Assembly (NCBI GenBank): GCA_051362555.1
Contig: CM120648.1
Span: forward strand, 7,498,587 to 7,562,586
DNA length: 64,000 nt
From: Lingula anatina
Lineage: Eukaryota; Animalia; Brachiopoda
Direction of reading: 5' to 3'
Position numbers and translations under genes: made by a program. Below, piece by piece: positions 1 through 21,595 of this stretch. Under the pieces are notes generated by a model that did not search any database, was not told where the DNA came from, and saw nothing but the letters and a program-made list of their open reading frames with translations. The first letter of the stretch is position 1. The number at the start of each line of letters is the position of its first letter.

Positions 1-1957
1 CCTCCAGGTTCATAGCATGTGAGGCCTCCTTGAACACGAGTTGTTGTTCATGATCCATGTAGTCTGAAATTAAATGTGGCTGCCATCTAACAATTGGGCA
101 AGTTATTCACAACATAATTATATATTATATAATCATTGTATGCAAACAGTAACATTTGAAGTAGCATCGAAAGCCAGCAGTCTATCATATATCTGATATA
201 AATTACTATTTTTATTCATCACATAATCATATATCTACGTCGCACTAATGTATTTTTTATGAAATATCGTACTGTTCATAATACCGTTGCCCCTAGCCAG
301 AAGGATAAGTTGCATTTGCAATTTATGGAAACGGTAAGCCTCCACCATTTGATCCTTGGAAAGAGTTCTTAGCCATTCTTGGTATTCTCTGAACCTAATG
401 TTCTTCATCCATCCTATGTTTTCCATCAGACAGTAGCATTCATACGGGCCTTCAGCATTGATGTAGTGCATCGCTTTCAATTCCGGTACGTTGCCATACA
501 TCGCGGCTGAAACATTCGAAAATGGGCACATTTGACCTTGAAGGCGATTTTTAGGTCAAGTAAAAATGAGGAAGATCATGATAGTACATAATAATGGCAA
601 TGATAAACGTAACACACAAGTTTAATCATGATTTGAATTAATGTTTTATTTGAAGTCGACATCGTTGTTTATGTCAACTGCCTTTTTTTAAAGATTTATT
701 TTCAAATCGTAATGCCACATTATATTTTACGTAGTTTCAGTCAAAGTCACAAGCTATATATAAGAGCAAGGCCTACGATCTCTGTCTGCCTTTATCTCTG
801 GCTGATTTAATTTGCCCACTGACCTATTCACAAAAATAAATTAAATATACCCTGATACATTTTCCGCTTTCGTTGTGGAACATTTGCTTAGCAAAAACGT
901 CACGTGTGGATCACGTGGCTAGCACGTTGCTACCATATGATTATTATAACGTCATAGCGACGGGTTAACCACGTGGTACCAACGTGACGTGTTTGCTGGG
1001 TGGCAACGCTTATAATAACATAAAAATATACACCTGTACCTAGTGCACGAATTTCGGTCAGAATCCCCTTTTTACTGTCATTTACGGTAACGTTCCCTAC
1101 AGGATGCATCGTCTCGTAATATCTCGGAGAAGTGTTATGCGGATCCTCGTTTAGAAGATTCAGAAGAAACGTCGTTCCGGACCGACAAGGTCCTATTATG
1201 AAAATGGGTCTCTTGATATGACACTGAAACGATGAAAGATAGCTTTGGTCGTCACAAACAGATGTATACAGGGGGGTGATCGTGATATTTTTTTTAGCCT
1301 TTCAAATCATCTTTGTTGATCCATCCACCATTTTGACCGTCTTCTGACCGAAAAAATTACGTCAAAGTTTTAATCTTTGCTTTTCTTTGTATCCTATTTA
1401 AAATGTAGCGCGGGTGTTGTAAAGAAGTAAAAAAGAATTTGAATTTTTTAAAAATGGCCAACTTAGCGTGTTACAAAAAAGTAAATAAGGCTAAATCATT
1501 ACACTAAAAAGCTAAAAAACTATTAATTTTTAATAACGTACATCTCCTTAACTGGTACTAGAATGATATGAAAAGTGCATGGCTAACACCACCCGAGATA
1601 AAATATTCGCACCACCATATGTACCTTGGATATATCAACAGTCGCCAGTCGTCGAGATATAGAAAGTCTGTTTTGAAGAATTTCAGTCCATCTTTTTTCT
1701 ATGGATAATCTCCCCGCCACAGACAATTTTTCATCTTCACGGTAACCCTTCAAAAGTATGGAAAATCCTTCGTACCACCATCTTCGAGTAAGATTTTCTG
1801 AAAATATGAGTAGTCGCTCCTCTAAGGTGAATTTACTCCACAGACTTTCCTCTGTGAGAGGACTCAGTCTACTTCGGAGCACAATGCGGTACACCCAGTC
1901 AAGTAAGATACGCAAGTATGGAAGGCAAAACTCGAATACATTTTGGAAAACTTCCAT
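1..1957 (-). CDS. PAPS-dependent sulfotransferase, Sulfotransfer_3 / mycobacterial Stf-like family; 3' end runs off the window
   Basis: Phase-consistent GT-AG exons 1957-1625, 1223-1040 (alternative donor 1034), 506-285 and 63-<1. Translation gives the 5'-PSB loop 'RPIFIIGPCRSGTTFLLNLLNEDP', then 'EGPYEC', 'YQEWL..AYRFHKLQMQL' and 'LVFKEASHAMNLE', all typical of this family. A likely 5'UTR acceptor lies at 2028. Confidence 0.85.
888..1001. mobile_element. Small MITE-like element with (CC)CAGCAAAC / GTTTGCTGGG ends and internal ACGT(G) repeats, in a sulfotransferase intron
   Basis: Imperfect terminal inverted repeats agcaaaaacgtcacgt / acgtgacgtgtttgct. Related ends occur at about 6006-6074 and 39411-39513. 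Confidence 0.5.
1269..1390. mobile_element. Degenerate partial copy of the CAGGGGCGGAT-terminated dispersed repeat (family A)
   Basis: Shares 'atctttgttgatccatcc..catttt' with the copies at 43213 and 49273. Confidence 0.55.
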
Positions 1958-2912
1958 ATTTTGATAGACAACGAGATATGTTGATGGATGTGCTCAGTGT
2001 ACTGGGACATACAGGATTCCAAAAGACCTGTACAAAGTCTAAATAAGCATGCTCCTCAGTGTTTATATTAAGGAGGCCAGTTGAAAATCATTGATACGTT
2101 AACCAGGCTATTTTTGATTGCCTTGAACATTATATAACAGCAGGCTGGGTTCATAACTGCATGGGCACATGTCATATGTTCAGCACATGCGTCAAACGCC
2201 CGCGCATGAGCAGCGTCTTTCCCGCTTAGCCTTCTGCGACTGAGATACAGGGTTTGTAACAAAATTATATAAATAAATAAAGGATTCGGTGGCGTTTTCA
2301 GCAGGGACGGTTCGAAGTTGTACAGGAATACTTTGTCCCTTTTCCTTGTTTCAGTCTATATGCCAGTATGTTATCTTCAATGTAAATGTAACTTCAATGT
2401 AAATCAATATGTAAATATGCAGTGCATCTAATCTGACTGGTAACACCGTTTTGGCAAACATGTAAATGCTATAGGTTGACATTAAGCTTTGCGAGGTTAG
2501 AATAGGTAAAATTATGACAACAAACGATCAACAACCCTGTTTCTTTTTGCTAGTATTATTCATTTCAGGGACGCCCGAATCCAATTAAATGCCTTTTATA
2601 CTGGACATGTTGGTAGGCCTACATATAAATGCACGGAAATGGCTCGAATTTATCAATGGAGAAAATTGTGAACTCTACGGGTACTGAATTTTTAAAGTCA
2701 TGAATTCTTACAATTAGAACTTTCCTTTTGAGTGGTAGCAACAAACTTGAAACACAAGCAGTAGTTTTGTTCTATGTAGTAAAAGCAAACAAATGAGAAG
2801 AAATATAATTTTTAATTATTCCAATATTATGTATCTAAACAGATATAATTTTTCTCATGGTAAAGATCAAGTCATTACCATAGTTTACATTACCGCAGAG
2901 CAACAGAGACAT

Positions 2913-3962
2913 CTATAAAATTCGAGATCGAGACAAACGTCTCTCTTGCGTTTTATCGTCATAAACGTTAAAGTTTTTGTCAACAGACAACGGCAACCTT
3001 TCCTTCATCTGTGCCTCGTGGGTTTTCACAATGGCGTACGCTAGAGCTCCCAGTATAACCAGCCCGTTTCCCAGCCACCACAATGTCGGTTTGGATTCGC
3101 TAAATATGATCACCGCGAAGACCGTCTGCATCACAGATTTGGAATTGGTGCTCACAATATGCGTGAGGGGGGAGGTGTGTTGGATCTGTAAGTTAGTAGC
3201 GTACGCTATCAAAAAGTTCATTATTCCTGATAACAGTAGAGTCCCTAGAAACCCGACATTCCACAGTTTGCCGGAAGCAACGAGAGAGTCCATCTGCCCG
3301 GTAACCATAGCAACTGGGAAAAACAGAAAGCTCGCGTTGAAACTTTTGACGTAGGTCAGTTTGATGGGGTCTTGTTCTACCAAATCAAGGGCCTTTTTGG
3401 AGAAAATTCCAACCAGGGAAACAAAAATACTGGAAAAAATCCCGTATGTTACCCCAATGGTCGACAACGTTCCTGCCATTTTTTCTTGATCCACTCCCAG
3501 GACAAACCCCACCACCACGAGCACGCAGCAGACGATAGATGGAGCAGACGATCTCTTCCCGAGTATGAGGGCGGAAAACAAAACTGTGAAGATGAGAGTC
3601 AGCGATCTTGCCAGTTGGAAAAATGCGACGCCGACATATTTGAGACACATATTATTGAAAGATAGCATTCCTACGTAAAGACACGACAGCACAAGCATAA
3701 TCTTAGAATTAGAGACAGTCAAATCGGGTTTTATGGGCTGGATGTGACTGTTGACCTCGTGCCCTGCGTGCGTGACTATCATAACAAACGCGGTGCATCC
3801 AATGTTTTGGACCCAGGCGACAAAAATGGAGAAGTCATATTCCGAGTCCCCTCTCCCGACTAAATGTTTATTGAGGAAGACCATAGTGATGGAAACGACC
3901 CAGTAGTTGACGACCACGCAGACTGTCTTGAACAGCGTCCTCTGGCGGACAGAGATCCCCAT
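2913..3962 (-). CDS. SLC35C1: GDP-fucose transporter 1-like (SLC35C1 family nucleotide-sugar transporter), single coding exon, 349 aa
   Basis: About 10 hydrophobic segments. Motifs 'YWVVSITMVFLNKHL', 'FNNMCLKYVGVAFFQLARSLT', 'GFVLGVDQE' and 'QIQHTSPLTH' match SLC35C1. Somewhat diverged, so it may be a paralog rather than the 1:1 ortholog. Confidence 0.88.
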   Translation of the reverse strand: MGISVRQRTLFKTVCVVVNYWVVSITMVFLNKHLVGRGDSEYDFSIFVAWVQNIGCTAFVMIVTHAGHEVNSHIQPIKPDLTVSNSKIMLVLSCLYVGMLSFNNMCLKYVGVAFFQLARSLTLIFTVLFSALILGKRSSAPSIVCCVLVVVGFVLGVDQEKMAGTLSTIGVTYGIFSSIFVSLVGIFSKKALDLVEQDPIKLTYVKSFNASFLFFPVAMVTGQMDSLVASGKLWNVGFLGTLLLSGIMNFLIAYATNLQIQHTSPLTHIVSTNSKSVMQTVFAVIIFSESKPTLWWLGNGLVILGALAYAIVKTHEAQMKERLPLSVDKNFNVYDDKTQERRLSRSRIL

Positions 3963-5559
3963 TCTTTTTTCTTGTCGGAAGCTGATAAAATCTTCGTATA
4001 TCTACAGGGCTTTATAGATGGTCGGTGGGATCTCCAACAAAAGTTTATTCTGTTTTGTTAATTTTTCCGCTCAAAACATCGCGGCCTTTAGTCCGTACAG
4101 AAGTGTCCAGCGAGCAATGCCCAATGCCCGCACAGTACCAGCAGATTTTTTGATGGGTGTTCTCTGATCTCTGAACTTATCCCAACATCTTAATCCTTCA
4201 TTTTTCTATCCGAAGTAACAAGTTTCATTAATGTTATTTCTTCAGTTCACCAGTCTTCGATAACAGATACACTTATCGTATCTACCACTACCGCTTCGGC
4301 TAACTTCTGTTGTCGCCTATAATTCCGTTTTGGTACAATGTAGGCCTATAGCGCTATATCCTTGTTTTTTTTCTCGGCGAATTAGCCTACAGTCCTATCT
4401 GAAACTGATTTCAAGTCGTTGTATTCATGCATCTAACAGCTGTGCCACCGCTCCTCGATTTTTTCTCTAAAATATTCATGCGTGTCAACTGAACCCATAT
4501 TAGCTCTGTGAATATATGAAAACGTGTGCGCAAGTAGGTATAAGCTAGCGCTTCTGTTAAAAACTACATTAACATTTTATATGTGCTATATCCTTTCCAT
4601 GAGAGTTGCCTTCGTTCGTGAGAGCAAGGTATCAAGAACGTGAACCTCTATGTCACTGCCAAGCTATAAACATTGCATTTGTCATTACCGGTGCATTTTA
4701 GTCGAACTGCAAAATCTTTACGATAATTCCCACGCGACTATTCCTTCTCATTTGTGGAAATGGTGACCATCTGTCGTACTCGATGTTTTATCAGTTTTGT
4801 CAGTAAATAATAAAGGACTGATGGCGTGACGGAAGAAAGTTATGGAAAGCCTACAATCTGTGTCCTGGTCATCAAATTTGGGATATTGTGCCACGGACGA
4901 ATCAGCAAAGACCGTCCGTCGAAGTGCCTGTCATCGGTCTAGCTCCCTTAAATTTGTTCGCACCACCTTGTAGAACTTTTGTGATAACAAAAAACCGTGT
5001 ATAAATTTTCCGTAAATAAATTACATTACTGAGGTTTTTCCATTCTAAACCTTCTGTTTACCAACCCAACGTGACTGTAAATAAAATGAAGGCAAACCAA
5101 TGGAGGTACGATGTACCCGTATATAATGGAAAAATTGAGTGGTAGGTTTTTTATTTAGTTCGCTACTCTGATGTGCATAAGCTTTATTTAGATGCGACCA
5201 TAAACGTAAATTTGCTGTGACAGCTTCTAAAATTTTGAAATTCTGATAATATACATAACTCTATTAGTGAGTGGCCATTAAAGAGACAATACTGTACATT
5301 ATTCTTTTTCTCCATTAGCATGAAAATTATACCTTTCAAGCCACACCTGTCAAGTCACTTTCTGCAAAATGATATGCCATTTTCTAAGTAAGTACCATTT
5401 AAAACCCCGTTACACTTCACTGTGGCACGCGAGTAACATTAGAAAAAATATCCCAGCTTAAGTTAATGAATCTGATGTGGCGTGTACTAAAGTGGTTACA
5501 TGCTTGCCAGGAAGCAAGGAGTAATAACCAAAAGGTGGTTACCTTTAAAATATGTTATA

Positions 5560-5747
5560 CAGCCCCGTAGCCAGCAATTTCAAAAGGGTGATTCTTTTTC
5601 TGAAAAAGTGGACCTTTACCAACAAACCTCCATGTACGTAGATAGAACTTTACCCAGAGAGGACTTCTTCCCGGCAAAAGGGGGGTTCTTTTGAACTCCC
5701 CGACCCCCCCCCCCCCCCCCCCCCCCCGTTTTCTGGCTACGGACCTG
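5560..5747. mobile_element. Non-autonomous hAT-like DNA transposon (family B) with apparent 5-bp TSD
   Basis: TIRs cagccccgtagccag / ctggctacggacctg, flanked by TTATA on both sides, with an internal poly-C. Related copies at about 35353-35536 and 44761-44907 share 'ctgaaaaagtggacctt...acccagag'. Confidence 0.7.
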
Positions 5748-7282
5748 TTATATAATCAGAATGTGAAACATTGCGTTAAAAAAGTCGAGGTTGTCATACC
5801 CGTTTATGAGCAATTATTAGCTATAGCATGTTAGGGTATCATAAGTTAGTATAACCATCAGTGAGTGAAGATCTCTGACAGGCTAAGTCGCCGTTCACCT
5901 CGGGTGAATTCATTTCACAGATGAGTGCTCACAAACGCCTGCATGTCCACGTACCCTGCATTCCGCACGGAAGAAAGGAATTATAGGGATTGTTCACAAT
6001 GAAACTACCGCACCAGGTACTTTGGTTATATAAACGTTATGGTAACGTTATAATAACGATTTATGTTTGCTGGAAACTTCACGTACTTTTTACTCTTTAA
6101 TGTTTGTGCTCTAGAGTCAGCGTCACCTTTCTTAAAATATGTTGTCACGATTACGATGTGTCGTGCTTTATTTCATCAGGTGGATCACCCTTTTCCGTGA
6201 TAGATAGACATAGATAAACATTACACACAGAAGTTTACACTGATCAGCCGAACCCTTGCACACTTTTATACGGACACATTCAGCAAACCTCAAAATTGTT
6301 GAATGTAAATTCTATTTTCGGATCTGTCAATTTTTTCAAGATATAACGATTATCATGTCTTTTTTAACAGCCTGCCTTAATAATAACAAAATCACCCAAA
6401 ATAATCAATCGTTTCAACCGAGTTTTTTTCTCAGTAATCAATGTTTTAGTATGCATGAGTATACATAGTGCGATATTGTTCAAATCTAATCCACCCCAGT
6501 CTACAAAAAAGAAAAAATAAAATAAAAAAAAAAAATAAAATAAAATAAATAAAAAAAAATATGCCCTGAGATATCAATAAAAATTCCAACACAAAGACAT
6601 ATTACATTAGTATCAAATACTTTATTGAGATTCAAAGTACGTATTTTGTGAAAAACTTGCAAAGTGGCAATAGAGACTCGTGTCCAGAATGTGAGATTCC
6701 AAATATTAAAAAAAAAAACCTACGTTATCTTTAAACGTTTCATGCACTTTTAATTAAGCAGTGCATAGTTATTTCTCATGTCGATAAGTGTAAAAATAGT
6801 GTGTCCATAAATTGGAATGTGAGATTCTGCGAGATTTGTGAGAACCTTCTAGTTTTGTAAGTCATTTTATAAACATTCAATTAAGTGTAGCAAAATTATA
6901 AAAAAAAACTTCAATAAACACGTCTTCAACCGTGTTTCTCCTAAAAAAAGTGATAATTGTTTCTCGAGTACATTCACTTATTGCTAAAAATTTTAAGTTT
7001 CACCTTCTCTCTCTTCCTCGTGTCCTCCACCCGGTGCTCATTAAAACCCGACTTAGTCTCACCGAGTCGTTTTCAATACTTTCCTTGAATTCATAACGAT
7101 ACATGGGTTCATTAAAAAAAAACTCTTGCATTGCTTATCGTTTATCTGCAATAATATCACAAAGCCAAAAATAAAAATATAATAATTATAATAATAATAA
7201 TAATAATAGAAAAAAGTTAAAATAAAAATAATGAAACAAGTGAAAACATACTAATATAAAAAAAACGTAAAAAAGCAAAAAA

Positions 7283-17532
<10,250 letters not shown>

Positions 17533-18180
17533 TCACTCGATCCATAAGGAAGAGTTGATTGTTTGTGAAATAAAAAAGGTGTCAAAAATGGCCAAAGTGG
17601 TGTATAGTTTACCAGTCCTAAAGTAAGCCCTGGAGTATTATACTTATTGATAGATACTGTGGCCTGTACTGTTCATAAAACGTGTAGATTCAATTGTAGT
17701 TACAGACTAGATTTGCATATACAGGATGCAGATTAAGCACTCTACAAAAAGCTAATAAAAATTCATATCACCAACACATACTGTACAAGTACTAGTTACA
17801 AGTAAGTTTTACACTGTATATATAGTTTACAGTAGAATGCAACTACAATATATCAAAATAGTAATTACACTATTGGTCCTTTTATACATAAAAATCTCAA
17901 TTTTGTTTTGCTTCACACAATCATTCCCATCTGTTTTAGTGAACCGACAGCCTCGGCTTACTGTCTGTGCACGTACTGTAAGTTTCCATTCAAAACACGA
18001 GTGCCCTCCTCGGAGCACAAACAAACAATGAACCGATTGACCCCACCGCCAAGTTTTTCATTTTAAAAATCTAGGTCTCTTCAAATGTATAGACCGAGAA
18101 TTTGGCTCACAAAGGAGTAGATCTGACCAAAAGAGCACATGATATCATTCACAATCAGAACATAAACGTTTCATTCTTAC

Positions 18181-18368
18181 CTATGGTAAATCGTGCAGGC
18201 AGCGTGATCAACAACGTGAGATTCTTCTCTGTTTTGAGGAGGGAATAGTAACATCCGGTCTCGGTTGCAAATGCAACCAGGGTAAACAATTTTGACAGCT
18301 TGGGCAGTTGTCTACCTGTATGTTATTTTGAATTTTGAACTGATTCTAGCTGCCGGATAGTTAGAGAG
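18181..18368. promoter_or_regulatory. Compact bidirectional promoter region shared by GART (-) and CEP15-like (+)
   Basis: The GART 5'UTR donor at 18180 and the CEP15 ATG at 18369 are under 200 bp apart. Contains ETS-like CATCCGG (18252-18257 region), inverted repeat GGTTGCAAATGCAACC (18263-18278, X-box-like) and GTAAACA (18282-18288). Motif function is inferred. Confidence 0.6.
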
Positions 18369-19302
18369 ATGAATGTGAAAGGATATGATACGGAAGGGAC
18401 ATATGTGAAGAAAGAATTGCGGCTGAATATGAAGCATGAGCAAATGTAGGTTGATATCTTTTAAGATGTAAAATAGCGAGTTACAGGCAGTTAGTACTCA
18501 GTACGTGTACATTTGGAAGCTATACCGGTACATTGTACAATGCCTTTAGAGTTAGCACTACTGTTTGTTTGTTTCGTTGAAGCATTTTTTGACATTCGAC
18601 CAATTAGCAACACTACGGAAGCAACACCCGTTACAATTTTTAACAGTTTCTTGGGTGCAACTTACATGTCTGGGCCAAGTTACAAGTACTGGCGCACTGT
18701 ATTTGTAACATGCATGTGTACGTTTGAATGAGGACGTCCTTATTCAAAATCTTCAAAAAATTCATTTGTATCACCAGAAAACGTCCACAATATATGCTCA
18801 TTGTAAAAATAAAGATTTAAAAGAACCAGTAACTGACTATTTTATTTTTAAGCCTGGCTCAACGACAAGCTCTATTGAATGGAACGGAGGCTTATTATGA
18901 CAGCCGACAGAAACGTGCATCTGAGTTTGTCTCCAGTTATAACAGAGCCATGGAAAGAAACCAAAGATTGAGAGAGGTATAGTAATAGTACATGAACCCA
19001 GTGATTTAAAACTTTTAATTTTTTATTTGTCATATTTTATATAGTTGTAAAGGAAGCATCCTAAGATTTCCAAGTAATAACTTGATCACTGAAAGCTTGT
19101 TTGCTGTAGGAGATACATAACTGTATGAGGGGAATGCAGAAAGAGAGGAGAAGAGCCAGAAAAGAGGATTCTGAGTTTGAAAATTTGAAGGTAAAGGTTT
19201 TATTAAGAAAAGTCCCTTTTAGGAAAAATACTAGTAGAACTGTCATTTATTTACTTTGTAATTCTGTTTGTGTTCGTGTCAGTACCTACATACTTAGGTT
19301 CT

Positions 19303-19351
<49 letters not shown>

Positions 19352-19653
19352 GTGATAGTGAAAAATAGATAATCAAATGATAATAATGATAATAATAAAA
19401 TAGCTAAGTAATGCAGTTAAGAAAGACTTGAAAAATTCAAATCCATAACTAAAACATTAAAATAGTCTTCAAACTTTGATCACTTCAGAATTAATTTTTT
19501 TCCATCTGTCTGTCTTTATGTTTATATTTATTAAGATAAGCAAAACGATTTATTCATTTATTTACTTTACAGGATAATTACTGGAACATGGTGAAGAAAT
19601 GTCTACCAAAGTGGAAAGAAGAATTAGATAAACAGAAAAATCTGCCTTCGTGA
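18369..19653 (+). CDS. CEP15: CEP15 / C3orf14 homolog (small coiled-coil centriolar protein), 4 exons, 120 aa
   Basis: Exons 18369-18445, 18853-18976, 19110-19190 and 19573-19653 splice in phase to MNVKGYDTEGTYVKKELRLNMKHEQILAQRQALLNGTEAYYDSRQKRASEFVSSYNRAMERNQRLREEIHNCMRGMQKERRRARKEDSEFENLKDNYWNMVKKCLPKWKEELDKQKNLPS*. The blocks 'ELRLNMKHEQILAQRQALL', 'AMERNQRL..EI' and 'YWNMVKKCLPKW' match the recalled human C3orf14 blocks 'EIRLSKRHEEIVSQRLMLL', 'AFKRNLSLLKDI' and 'YWASVEEYIPKW'. Confidence 0.88.
19305..19350. repeat. (TAA)n microsatellite in CEP15 intron 3
   Basis: Directly visible trinucleotide run. Confidence 0.95.
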
Positions 19654-20573
19654 AAGTTCTCTGATTTCTTCTCTGAAATCCCACAAATCCCAGAGCTTGT
19701 GCCTGATCACATGAAACACTGGAAATCTACAGGGTTATCACGAAATTGCGATATCATAAAATAGATTTTCCAGGGTTGCGGACCAAAGTGCTGGTCGCAT
19801 AATATGATCGGTTGCAGAGGGTAACAAATTTGAAAGTTTGAATTTGGATTCTTTGAGACGGTTTGGTTTTACCATTTACAGTAAAAAATCGATCCTTTAA
19901 GGATATATGATGAATGAGCAAAAAGCAAGAAAAGTCAATCACACAGTTGGGGTTTAAGAAATTTTAGGTATTACAATTGAAAAGCACATGACTTATGAAA
20001 AAAAAGGGTGATAAGTTTGAATATATTGAAAATTTTATGTGGAGTCTGCCATATTTAGTCGATCATTTAGTCCGCGGATTATCTGTTCTAAATGCGCTCA
20101 GAGACAGCCATCTACTGTATGCATGCAGAGTCCCACACTCGACAATTTACTAAACAGCAGGCCCCGTTTTCACGAAAAAAACTTTAGTTTCCTGGCTTAG
20201 TCGTCTAAGATTTCCATGAGAGTGCTGTAGCGCTGTTCCTGATAGGGTAAGATATGTGCATTTGACCATGTAACGTTGGTAACCAAGTACTTAGTCAGGG
20301 AAGCTGACTTAGTATTTATTTTTTTTTTTTTGAAACAAGGGCCAGGAAGCAAACTGCATTTGTACCGGTAGTGGAGAGCTTGTGATAGGGAGTAAACCCC
20401 AAGTTCCCTTTCCGCATGTGAGAGCTTCACAAAGGGGGCTTGAAACGTAATTTTATCATTTAAAAAGAGACTTTATCTGCTAGAGTCATGGTTGTTTTAA
20501 GCCGTGTTTGAACTGAAATCATCCATTGCTTTATTCACTCTCTGCATTAATAGTACTGTATATATGTGATGCT

Positions 20574-20773
20574 CAGTGGCGGATTTAGAGGGGGTCCTGA
20601 CCCCCCTTCGATTTCTGGTCCCCTCTTGAAATTAGAATTTGGACCAGCTGAATCATAGTTCTAAAACGTACCAAATGGCACCTTTCGCCCTCTAAAATAC
20701 CAAAAAACTTCGGGGCCTGCTGAAGGGCCCGGACCCCCCCCCCCCCCTTCAAATAATCCTGAATTCGTCCCTG
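20574..20773. mobile_element. Non-autonomous hAT-like element with apparent 5-bp TSD
   Basis: Imperfect TIRs cagtggcggattt / gaattcgtccctg, flanked by ATGCT on both sides. Confidence 0.6.
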
Positions 20774-21595
20774 ATGCTATTTTAATACATATTTGAAATT
20801 TAACCAGACACCATTTGTTGTACTCCCTTCATCAGTTGCAGTTTCTATTTAAATGTAATGTATATATGTACCCAGGGCATCGTTAAATGATATAAGTTAT
20901 GCCGAATAGCCTGCGGAAACATTATAAGGTATGAAGATATAAAAACGTACAGATGCAACTGAAAAATAAAAACATTAATGCGCACATTCCCCTCAGGGGC
21001 TTAGTCTTTTATATGGATTTAGTTTATGGAATACCGGTAGCTAACATACCGGCTAATACAGGTACAGGTAACTGTACCAGTACAGTGCACCTTTTAATGT
21101 TATCACTTAAAATGAAATCGCCTAAAAAAGACCCATTAAATCAAATATCAAGGTTCTATCACTGTATGTAGTGTTATAGTTCGTAAAGCCAAAGTGCCCA
21201 AGAAAGATTGGCCATCAGATTCTATATAGCTGTAGTAAAAGAAAAAACCCAAGTCCCAAATTTACGGCCTCAAAGCAGCACGTTTATTATTAACCCAGAT
21301 GTAAAAAAATTACCATAGCTATTTCGTTACTTCACCAAGAGAAAACGGCCTACCGTTTACCAAAAGTTTTATCGTATCAACATTTAATAAGTGAAAAGGA
21401 TCGTGCGTATGTTTCAAGTGATAAAACATATATTTGTCCTTGACATCTTCATTTTTCTCTCAGATACATAAATACATGTGAGAAAATGTTTCTTCCCTCC
21501 CAAAAACATCAAATACCGGTTATAACGTTAGTTACGAAAATAAAAAAAAAAAAAAAAAAAAAAAAAAAACGGGTCTCTTTTTCTCTCGTTGAATC

